From the NCBI GenBank assembly GCA_963708025.1, contig CAVPSB010000008.1, positions 1 through 15,392 of the forward strand: DNA of 15,392 nt, in the 5' to 3' direction. Positions 1-6,578 of the stretch are shown here, in pieces (the stretch's first letter is position 1; each line of letters starts with the position of its first letter). The translations under genes and the position numbers were made by a program. The stretch comes from an uncultured Candidatus Rokubacteria bacterium. Lineage in GTDB: Bacteria; Methylomirabilota; Methylomirabilia; Rokubacteriales; DASRDR01. The notes under the pieces were generated by a model. The model worked only from the letters and a program-made list of their open reading frames with translations. It was not told the DNA's origin and ran no database searches.

Positions 1-2
1 TG

Positions 3-125
3 CTGATCCGCTATACCGGCAAGCAAACGGCCAAATCCGGCCGGGTGTTCAAGGGGTTCGACGTGTTCGTGGCCGACGGAGATGCCCTCATCCCGCCGGA
101 TGCGAACCCGACGGTCCCCGCCTGA
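3..125 (+). CDS. C-terminal end of a gene entering from the left edge; probable phage-type OB-fold ssDNA-binding protein
   Basis: Open frame LIRYTGKQTAKSGRVFKGFDVFVADGDALIPPDANPTVPA* with TGA at 123-125. The 'IRYxGK...GRxFKxFxVxV' beta-strand pattern and short tail resemble phage SSB-like proteins, and it lies just upstream of an exonuclease. Confidence 0.45.
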   Translation: MIRYTGKQTAKSGRVFKGFDVFVADGDALIPPDANPTVPA

Positions 126-141
126 GTGAAGGAACCCTTGC

Positions 142-912
142 ATGGCCTCGGCGATGCTCGTCTCCGCGACCCGGGCCCGCGATCGAGCCCGATTCTACAC
201 GATCCAGGGCCGGCAGTTCCCGTCGGTGACGACAATCCTCGAGGTGATCGCCAAGCCCGCGCTGGGTCCGTGGTACGCGAAGGAAGAGCGGCGCTACTTT
301 GAGGCCGCGATGCTCGAGGTGCTGTCGAAGCCGGGGGCCCGCGATCCGGAATACGTGCTGGCCGCGGTGGTCGACGCGGTGAGCGGCGTCAAGGCCGCGG
401 ATCGCGCGAAGCAGCAGGCGGCCACGATCGGGACGGCCGTCCACGCTGGGATCGAGTGGCATCTGCGCACGCAACTCGGCGAGGACGCCGGGCCGCCGCC
501 GTACCTGCCCGAGGCCGCCCTGTGGGCGCTGGAGAGCTGGAAAGACTGGGCGAAGGCCGTGAGCCTCGAGCCGCTGGCCATCGAGCGCATCGTCTACTGT
601 GACGACTGCGGCTATGCGGGCACGCTGGATCTCTATGCGCGGGTGAACGGTCGGCTGACGGTCCTGGACTGGAAGACCGGGCGCGCGATCTACCCTGAGG
701 CCTTTCTCCAGAATGTGGCCTACCGTCACGCGGCGGCCGGCCTCGCCCTGGTGGCCGAGCAGGGGCTGATCGTCCGCCTCCCGAAGGTGCTGGATGACCC
801 CGCGTGGGAGGCGATGCCAGTCCCGGAGACCATCGCCCACGAGGACTTCCTGGCGGCGCTTCGGCTCTGGCAGTGGCAGCGGCGAATCGAGGGGAAGCCG
901 ATTGGCCGGTGA
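142..912 (+). CDS. PD-(D/E)XK-superfamily exonuclease (phage/MGME1/RecB-like), 256 aa
   Basis: Motifs FPSVTTIL..IAKPAL..W, GTAVH..IE, E..VY...GYAGTLDL, VLDWKTG and QNVAY. GAAGGA Shine-Dalgarno at ~128-133. Confidence 0.88.
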   Translation: MASAMLVSATRARDRARFYTIQGRQFPSVTTILEVIAKPALGPWYAKEERRYFEAAMLEVLSKPGARDPEYVLAAVVDAVSGVKAADRAKQQAATIGTAVHAGIEWHLRTQLGEDAGPPPYLPEAALWALESWKDWAKAVSLEPLAIERIVYCDDCGYAGTLDLYARVNGRLTVLDWKTGRAIYPEAFLQNVAYRHAAAGLALVAEQGLIVRLPKVLDDPAWEAMPVPETIAHEDFLAALRLWQWQRRIEGKPIGR

Positions 913-2011
913 CGCACCGCCGGATGCCTCGGGTGACTCGGCGATCGAGCGGTTCCTGGCCGAATTCGTCGGGGCTGACCGTGCCCAGGCCGTCCACTGG
1001 GCGCTGCAGGCCCTCCGGACGCGCGTCGAACCCGACCGCGTGTGGATGTGCGAGCTCGCCTGGGAGGTCCACACCCGGGGGTACTGGAGCCAGGTGCGCC
1101 GTCCCGATGGGACCGCCTACGAGAGCGAGGAGACCTACTTCCGGGATGTGCTCAGCGTCAGTTCCTGGCGGACGGCGTACAAGCGTCTGGCCATCGGCCG
1201 CATGCTCCAGGCGTTCCCGGAGCCCGCGCGGGGGGCGGTGCGCGCCGCGGTGGCCCAAGTCGGCCTCGCGAAGGCGGCGGTGATGGTGCCGGCGATCGAG
1301 CGGGCGGGGGAGTGGCAGACGTGGGTCGACCTGGCCCGACATCTGGCGTACCCGGTGCTCCAGGCGCGGGTGTCGGCCGCGTTGGAGGCGCTGCCGCGAG
1401 GCCGGGAGCCGAGCCCCCCAGGGGAACAGTTCCGGCGGGCGATCTTCAGCGCGATGCCGGACATCGACGCCATGGAGGTCGTGGAGCGGTTCTTTGCCGT
1501 CGGCACCAAGGTCGTCGGGACGGCGCATCCGGTCGCGATCTTTCTGGCGGGCTGCCGGGAGTGCTTGGCGGAGTGGGAAGTGCAGCGCACAGGGACGACC
1601 GCTCCCGAGTTGGCGCGCGCGAGCCGCGGCGACGCCGAACGGATCGGGACGCGTCGGGAGCCCAGAGGGGTCGACCAACGGCCGGCCGGCCCACGGGCCA
1701 GGGGTTTGCCCACGTGGGCAAAACGGGCACGGAGCCGGAGCGGGGCCGATGCTGAAGCGACGCGTACGGGTTGGGGCGGCCGCCCGTCGCCGGGTCGTCG
1801 CCGGCGGCCCACGCGCCATCGGACGGCCCGCGGCGACCCGGGCCGAGTGGGCCGAGATCCGGGTCCAGGTATTGGCCCGGGCGTCGTGGACCTGTCAGGC
1901 GTGCGGGGTCTGGGGCCGCCGCCTGGATGTGCACCATGTGATCAAGCGGGCCCGGGGCGGCTCCGACTTCGACCTCGACCAGCTGGTCGCGTTGTGCCGC
2001 GCCTGCCATGA
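902..2011 (+). CDS. Hypothetical helical protein, possibly HTH DNA-binding. The globular part ends near 1590; the C-terminal tail is low-complexity read-through across the HNH gene.
   Basis: TTG at 902 after GAGGGGAAG, overlapping the nuclease stop. Protein-like sequence 'YESEETYFRDVLSVSSWRTAYKRLAIGRML...VGLAKAAV' resembles helical/HTH domains often found N-terminal to HNH domains. After 'EWEVQ' it becomes R/G/P-rich. Confidence 0.6.
   Translation: MAGDAPPDASGDSAIERFLAEFVGADRAQAVHWALQALRTRVEPDRVWMCELAWEVHTRGYWSQVRRPDGTAYESEETYFRDVLSVSSWRTAYKRLAIGRMLQAFPEPARGAVRAAVAQVGLAKAAVMVPAIERAGEWQTWVDLARHLAYPVLQARVSAALEALPRGREPSPPGEQFRRAIFSAMPDIDAMEVVERFFAVGTKVVGTAHPVAIFLAGCRECLAEWEVQRTGTTAPELARASRGDAERIGTRREPRGVDQRPAGPRARGLPTWAKRARSRSGADAEATRTGWGGRPSPGRRRRPTRHRTARGDPGRVGRDPGPGIGPGVVDLSGVRGLGPPPGCAPCDQAGPGRLRLRPRPAGRVVPRLP
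1705..1722. repeat. Perfect 18-bp palindrome TTTGCCCACGTGGGCAAA (copy 1)
   Basis: Self reverse-complementary; 26 bp upstream of the HNH ATG. Confidence 0.95.
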
Positions 2012-2123
2012 GCAAACGGACGCCCCCTCCGACCGCGGGCGCCTGGTCGTCACACCGCTCGGGGGCGGGCAGTTCACGTGCGAGGTCGTGCAGCGGGCGG
2101 CGAAATGGGTGACGCCATCGTGA
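1749..2123 (+). CDS. Small Zn-finger HNH endonuclease, 124 aa
   Basis: W..IR..VL.RA..TCQAC...LDVHHVIKRARGGSD..LDQLVALCRACHEQ (two CxxC pairs plus HH..GG). GGAG at 1737-1740. Confidence 0.88.
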   Translation: MLKRRVRVGAAARRRVVAGGPRAIGRPAATRAEWAEIRVQVLARASWTCQACGVWGRRLDVHHVIKRARGGSDFDLDQLVALCRACHEQTDAPSDRGRLVVTPLGGGQFTCEVVQRAAKWVTPS

Positions 2124-2147
2124 CGTCGCCGGTTCGGGTGGCGGCGG

Positions 2148-2165
2148 TTTGCCCATGTGGGCAAA
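2148..2165. repeat. 18-bp palindrome TTTGCCCATGTGGGCAAA (copy 2, one mismatch)
   Basis: 24 bp after the HNH stop, preceded by the GC hairpin CGTCGCC-N9-GGCGGCG (2124-2146). Confidence 0.92.
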
Positions 2166-2190
2166 ACCGGCACCGCGGTGGACCGTGGCC

Positions 2191-2508
2191 AGGCTGAGGC
2201 GACGCGCGGGCGGATCGGCGCCGCGGTCCGGCCTCGCGACCCGTGATCCGCGAGGTCGGGTTGGTCCGCGCCCACGGGCTTGCCAAGCCGGGCTGGTTTG
2301 GGGTTGCCGGCGGGACGTCCCCCATGGGGTCAAGCGGGCCCAGGGCGGGTCGGACGGCGATCTGGACCGGCGGGTTGCCCTCTGCCGTCCCTGCCCCGAA
2401 CAGACGGAGGCCCCGTTTGCGCGAGGGCGCCTCATCATCGACCCGGTGGGCGGCCGGCCCTTCACGTTCGCGGTGGGGCGCCCAGCCAACAGGAGGAGTG
2501 CGGAATGA
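2191..2508 (+). pseudogene. Degenerate tandem paralog of the HNH endonuclease
   Basis: AGGCTGAGGCGACGCG mirrors ATGCTGAAGCGACGCG (ATG->AGG). ACQAGLVWGCRRDVPHGVKRAQGGSDGDLDRRVALCRPCPEQTEAP..RGRL aligns to the intact HNH with C->G, H->P and H->P losses. A frameshift lies near 2278 (IREVGLVRAHG is in another frame). Confidence 0.85.
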
Positions 2509-2546
2509 GCGACCCGGGAGCGAGGTGGGTCAGCCTGGCCGTGCAC

Positions 2547-3272
2547 GCCGGCGAGCGGGACGGAGCGAGCCGGGCTGCGCACCGCGCGCCGGCAGGCGTC
2601 GACGACGAGGTCGCCGGACGCGAACAGGGCTTCGACCTCGTCGAGGCGGACCGGGCGGACCACCCCGCCGCGGATCAGGCGCGCCGAGGGCGCCGACAGG
2701 GCACGCCGGACCCGGCCGATCTCGGCGACCAGGGCCGGGATGCCGGCGGCGAGGGCGGCGGCGTGGGCGCGGCCGAGCGCGGTGGCCGCGTCCGTGACCC
2801 GGACGCGGCGGAGCGCGAGAGCTCGGCGCGGGCCACGAGCGGCGGCGGCACGCCGGCGGCGTCGACGTCGACTACGGCGAGCGTCTGCTCGGCGGCCTCG
2901 AGCTCGCCGACGAGGAGCTGGCGGCGGGCGCCGACGAGGCGGGCGTAGAGAGCATTCGCGCGATCACCCAGCGCATCGAGCGCCCGCGCGGCCGCGTCGA
3001 GCGCGCGCACCGGCCCGCTCAGGTCACGCGCGGCGAGGGCGACCTCCGCCTCGGCGACCTGGCAGCGCGCTTGGGCGAGGCGCTCGCGGATGCCGAAGCC
3101 GCGGGCGGCGCGCTGGAGGAGCTTGCGCGCTCGGTCGTAGTCGCCGAGCTGGGCCATGGCGATGCCGCGCAGGGCGAGGGCCGGCGGGTCGTCGCGCAGC
3201 GCGACGCGTTTGAGGGCGCCGAGGGGATCACCGGCCGCCAGCGCGCGCGGCCGAGGCGACGAGGGAGTCCAT
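2547..3272 (-). pseudogene. Frameshifted, 3'-truncated TPR/HTH-type putative transcriptional regulator ('MDSLxxxAARALAAGDPLGALKRVALRDD' family)
   Basis: ATG at 3272 gives MDSLVASAAR, then a 2-bp loss in the (GC)n run at 3241-3248. The frame resumes ALAAGDPLGALKRVALRDDPPALALRGIAMAQLG. A second frameshift near 2820 leads to LALRR..AGIPALVAEI..RLDEVEALFASGDLVVDACRRAVR..SVPLAG, where similarity stops before the expected C-terminal HTH. Confidence 0.8.
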
Positions 3273-3581
3273 GTGTGGGAGGATACATGTCGATCCAGCA
3301 CGGCGTGGTGTCCCCGACGGGCCACGCCTCCGGCGGACTTCTCGCGCGAGTGTACGTTCTGCTTCAACCCGATGGGTTCACGCGGTGATCAGGACCGTAC
3401 CGCAGCGTTACCCATGCACTGGTGAGACGTGAGAAATCTCGTTTCGGGGAATGCCTTCCGATACGGTCCCCGCCAGCACGGGGGCCGTCCGTGAACCGGA
3501 TGTGAATTCAGTCAGATGGTCGTGCTGACTTGGCCACCGCCCGAGACACCACTGCCCGCCGCGAGCGTGCGGCGCGAGCCA

Positions 3582-4160
3582 TCAGGGGGACCGGGGCGGC
3601 GGATCATCCCCGGCACGGGCCTCGGCCAGGTCGTTCCAGACACGTTGGTCGACGAGCTGACCGTCCCGCACGGTGAAACGGTCGACGAATCGGATTCCGG
3701 AGAACGGACTGCCGTCGAGCCACTCTCCCGCGAGCGTCCCGTAGCAGTACACGGCGACCCCATCGTCGCCCGGCGCCTCGTCGAACCGCTCGTAGATCTT
3801 CCTGGCGAATCGGTAGCGCTGCCGGGCCCACTCGACCAGCTCCCCGAGTCCAGAGAAGGTCCGATCCCCGGGAAAGGTCATGCGGAAGCCCTCCGCCAGC
3901 ATCGCCTGGGCCCCCTCCAGGTCCCGCATCTCGACCGCGCGAAGAAAACCCCGCACGAGCTCCGTGGGAGCGAGTGCGTTCGGGTCCCTGGCGCCGAGCA
4001 CCGCCGGCCGGCGCGCGGCGGCGGCCGCACCGAGACCCACGACGACATCCGCCGGCCGGAGGCCGAGTACGTGCCCGACCGCCCCGGCCAGGCTGAGGGC
4101 GAGCCCATCCTGGAGCTGCCGCTCGGACAGCCCCGTCAGGGTCACGGTGACGACCGTCAT
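3582..4160 (-). CDS. SnoaL-like/NTF2-fold protein with a degenerate N-terminal tautomerase-like domain, 192 aa
   Basis: ATG overlaps the lyase stop (ATGA). C-terminal part VRGFLRAVEMRDLEGAQAMLAEGFRMTFPG...VYCYGTLAGEWLDGSPFSGIRFVDRFTVRDGQLVDQRVWNDLAE. N-terminal beta-alpha-beta pattern. Confidence 0.82.
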   Translation of the reverse strand: MTVVTVTLTGLSERQLQDGLALSLAGAVGHVLGLRPADVVVGLGAAAAARRPAVLGARDPNALAPTELVRGFLRAVEMRDLEGAQAMLAEGFRMTFPGDRTFSGLGELVEWARQRYRFARKIYERFDEAPGDDGVAVYCYGTLAGEWLDGSPFSGIRFVDRFTVRDGQLVDQRVWNDLAEARAGDDPPPRSP

Positions 4161-5053
4161 GAGTACTTGGCCCGCGCGTCCTCCGGCACGCCGTAGGACT
4201 CCTCGAGCCGCTGCACCTCGGTCATGCCGAGCAGGTCGAAGAACTCCGTGAAGGACGCCACCTCGCCGACGAGGCCAGCGACGGAGCCGGTGCGGCGAAG
4301 GCACCGGAGGACCTCTCGCGACGCCCGGATCGACGCGAGGATCAGCCAGTTGGGGTAGATGACGAGCTTGAAACCGAGGGCGTCGATCTCGTCGATGCCC
4401 AGGAGGGGGGTCTTGCCGCTCGACGCCATGTTGTAGAGGTGCGGTTTGGGGATCCCAACCGGGATGGCAGCGAGCTGTTCGCGGGTCCTGGGCGCCTCGA
4501 CGAAAATGACGTCGGCCCCTGCCTCCGCGTACCGCCGGGCACGCTCCACCGCGCACTCGAAGCCCTCCACGGCGATGGCGTCGGTCCGTGCTATGAGCAC
4601 CAGGTCACCGTCGAGACGCGCGTCCGTGGCCGCCTTGATCTTGTTCAGCATCTCCTCCGTGGAGATGAGCTGCTTGCCGGCGAGATGCCCGCACCGCTTG
4701 GGCAGGACCTGATCCTCGATGTGCAGCGCCGCTACGCCGGCCTTCTCGTAGGCCTGGACCGTCCGGCGCACGTTCAAGGGTCCTCCGTAGCCGTTGTCGG
4801 CGTCGGCGATGAGGGGGAGCCCGGCGGCGTCGACGATCCGGGCGGCGTTGTCGGCCATCTCCGTCATGGTGAGCAGGCCCACGTCGGGCATCCCCAGCCG
4901 CACGGCGGTCGTGCCGGCGCCGGTCATGTAGAGCGCGTCGAAGCCCTCCTGGGCCACGAGGCGGGCGTTGAGCGCGTCGGCGACGCCGGGAGCCATGACG
5001 ACCCCCGGCCGGGCGAGGAGCTCGCGCAAGCGGGCGGTGGGACGGGCACTCAT
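4157..5053 (-). CDS. Isocitrate lyase/PEP mutase family C-C lyase (methylisocitrate/2,3-dimethylmalate lyase-like), 298 aa
   Basis: Motifs APGVADAL.AR, PLIADADNGYG, HIEDQVLPKRCGHLAGK, IARTDA, AGADVIFVEAP. Confidence 0.92.
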   Translation of the reverse strand: MSARPTARLRELLARPGVVMAPGVADALNARLVAQEGFDALYMTGAGTTAVRLGMPDVGLLTMTEMADNAARIVDAAGLPLIADADNGYGGPLNVRRTVQAYEKAGVAALHIEDQVLPKRCGHLAGKQLISTEEMLNKIKAATDARLDGDLVLIARTDAIAVEGFECAVERARRYAEAGADVIFVEAPRTREQLAAIPVGIPKPHLYNMASSGKTPLLGIDEIDALGFKLVIYPNWLILASIRASREVLRCLRRTGSVAGLVGEVASFTEFFDLLGMTEVQRLEESYGVPEDARAKYS

Positions 5054-5106
5054 GGGCGCACACTCCCGGGTGATGGGTGTCATCGGCCTGGCCGGTCCTC
5101 GTACAC

Positions 5107-5119
5107 CGCTACGGTAGCG
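5107..5119. promoter_or_regulatory. Palindrome CGCTAC-G-GTAGCG overlapping a possible minus-strand -10 (TACCGT); candidate operator
   Basis: Lies in the divergent intergenic region between the lyase and ABC operons. Confidence 0.3.
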
Positions 5120-5200
5120 CAAGTCGGCGGGCGCGGGAACGGGACCGGCGCCCCTCCCACCGCGGGTGACGTTGTCCTCGCTCCGGGACACCCCCTATAC

Positions 5201-5206
5201 TTGACA
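5201..5206 (+). promoter_or_regulatory. Candidate sigma70 -35 box (TTGACA) for the ABC operon
   Basis: Perfect TTGACA in an AT-richer patch ~70 bp upstream of the binding-protein start. No convincing -10. Confidence 0.35.
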
Positions 5207-5272
5207 TCGACATCCGGTGGCCACGACCGACGCAACGAGAGCGGGCAACGAGCCCGAGAAGGATGGCCAAGC

Positions 5273-6502
5273 ATGGACACCCTGGGTAAGGAGTGGAACT
5301 CGCAGATCTCCCGGCGTCAGTTCGTGGTCGCGACGGCGGCGACCGCCGTCGCAGCCTTCCCTGCGGTCCTGAGGGCGCAGGCGGCCCCCGTGAAGGTCGG
5401 CATCATGCACCCCATCACGGGGTTCCTCGCATACTCGGGTAACCAGTGCCGCGCCGGCGCTCTGATGGCGGTGGAGGAGATCAACGCCGGCGGGGGCATC
5501 AAGGCCCTCGGCGGGGCCAAGATCGAGCCCCTGCTCGCCGACAACCAGTCGAAGGTCGACGTCGGCGCGTCGGAGTTCGAGAAGCTGAACGAGGCAGGCA
5601 TCTCGGCCTTCGTGGGACCGTACGCCAGCGCGATCGGCATCTCCACCTCCCAGGCCGCCACGCGCTACGCCCTCCCTCACGTCTGCGACGTCACCGTGTC
5701 GGACCGGGTCGTGGCCAAGGACAAGCCCACCACGTTCCGCTTCAGCCCGGGATATACCTCGATCGCCGAGACGGCGATTTCCCGGCTCGACGAGATCAAC
5801 AAGTCGGCCAGCGGCATCGCCAAGAAAGTCATGATGGTGCACGAGGAGTCGGAATCCGGCGCCGGCACCCAGAAGATGCTCGCCAAGGAGCTGCCGAAGT
5901 ACGGCTTCGACATCGTCGAGACCGTCCTCCACCCGAACCCGACGCGGGACTTCAGCAACATCGTCCTCCGCATCCGCGCGCGCAATCCGGACATCTTGAT
6001 CATCGGCAACTACTACGACGAGTACGTGCTCCTGGTCCGGACGTTGCGTCAGCAGCAGGTGCGGCTCAAGGGCATCTACTCGGTCCTCGGCGGCGGGGCG
6101 TCGAGCTTCCGCTTCGTGCGGGAGTCCGCGGAGGCGGCCCAGTACATCATGGACACCAACCACTGGTACAACCCGCTCAACCCGAAGGCCCTCGACCTGC
6201 GAAAGCGAGTGGAGGCCAAGGGACTCGACTTCTCCTATGAGGTGTATCTGAACTACAACGCGGTCATGTGGCTGGCCGACTCCATCGAGCGGGCGCGCTC
6301 CGCCAAACGGGAGGCGATCGTGGAGGCGCTGGCCACCAGCACCTGGAGCGGCCACATCCTGCCGTACGGGCCGACGAAGATCGTCGACGGCCAGAACACC
6401 GGCGCCACGGCCGCCACGCTGCAGGTCCAGGGGAACGACATCCAGGTGATCCTGCCGAAGCAGTTCGCGTCGGCCAAGATCGTCTTCCCCGCTCCAGCCT
6501 GA
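5273..6502 (+). CDS. ABC transporter substrate-binding protein, branched-chain amino acid (LivJ/K) family, Tat signal, 409 aa
   Basis: Twin-arginine signal SRRQFV...VLRAQA, then VKVGIMHPITG, AVEEINAGGGIKALGG and DFSNIVLRIRARNPD. Confidence 0.92.
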   Translation: MDTLGKEWNSQISRRQFVVATAATAVAAFPAVLRAQAAPVKVGIMHPITGFLAYSGNQCRAGALMAVEEINAGGGIKALGGAKIEPLLADNQSKVDVGASEFEKLNEAGISAFVGPYASAIGISTSQAATRYALPHVCDVTVSDRVVAKDKPTTFRFSPGYTSIAETAISRLDEINKSASGIAKKVMMVHEESESGAGTQKMLAKELPKYGFDIVETVLHPNPTRDFSNIVLRIRARNPDILIIGNYYDEYVLLVRTLRQQQVRLKGIYSVLGGGASSFRFVRESAEAAQYIMDTNHWYNPLNPKALDLRKRVEAKGLDFSYEVYLNYNAVMWLADSIERARSAKREAIVEALATSTWSGHILPYGPTKIVDGQNTGATAATLQVQGNDIQVILPKQFASAKIVFPAPA

Positions 6503-6515
6503 GCCGCTCGATCCT

Positions 6516-6549
6516 CCGGACCCCGGCCTGCCCGCCGGCCGGGGTCCGG
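6516..6549 (+). other. 13-bp perfect GC stem-loop after the binding-protein gene (mRNA stabiliser/attenuator-like)
   Basis: CCGGACCCCGGCC-N8-GGCCGGGGTCCGG; no U-tract. Confidence 0.6.
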
Positions 6550-6578
6550 CCGGGTCGGCCACCCCGTCTGATCCACCC

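Larger units (their letters stand above)
1624..2203 (+). repeat. Direct repeat copy 1 (~580 bp): palindrome-HNH-palindrome unit
   Basis: Aligns with 14814-15392 at offset 13190/13189; by eye 25 substitutions and one 1-bp indel. Confidence 0.95.

Noticed and set aside
1749-2123. IscB/Cas9/HEARO-type RNA-guided nuclease
   Set aside because: Only 124 aa, with no PLMP or RuvC motifs, and no long structured RNA could be supported from the flanks.
1705-2165. Palindromic repeats near a Cas4-like nuclease as a CRISPR array
   Set aside because: Only two 18-bp repeats per locus, separated by ~425 bp containing a gene. No cas1/cas2, and the nuclease lacks the C-terminal Fe-S cysteines of Cas4.
2187-2540. 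11-bp inverted repeat GGCCAGGCTGA / TCAGCCTGGCC around the decayed HNH as IS/MITE ends
   Set aside because: Short and GC-rich, no target-site duplication seen, and the left copy overlaps the decayed start codon; probably chance.
88-2663. Long minus-strand ORFs (88-1074, 389-1819, 1446-2663) and 14023-15345
   Set aside because: R/P/G/A-rich antisense shadows typical of high-GC DNA. Only the first ~40 codons of 1446-2663 are real, as part of the regulator pseudogene.
2280-2948. 222-aa plus-strand ORF
   Set aside because: Mostly the antisense of the regulator pseudogene; only 2505-2546 may be a true gene stub.
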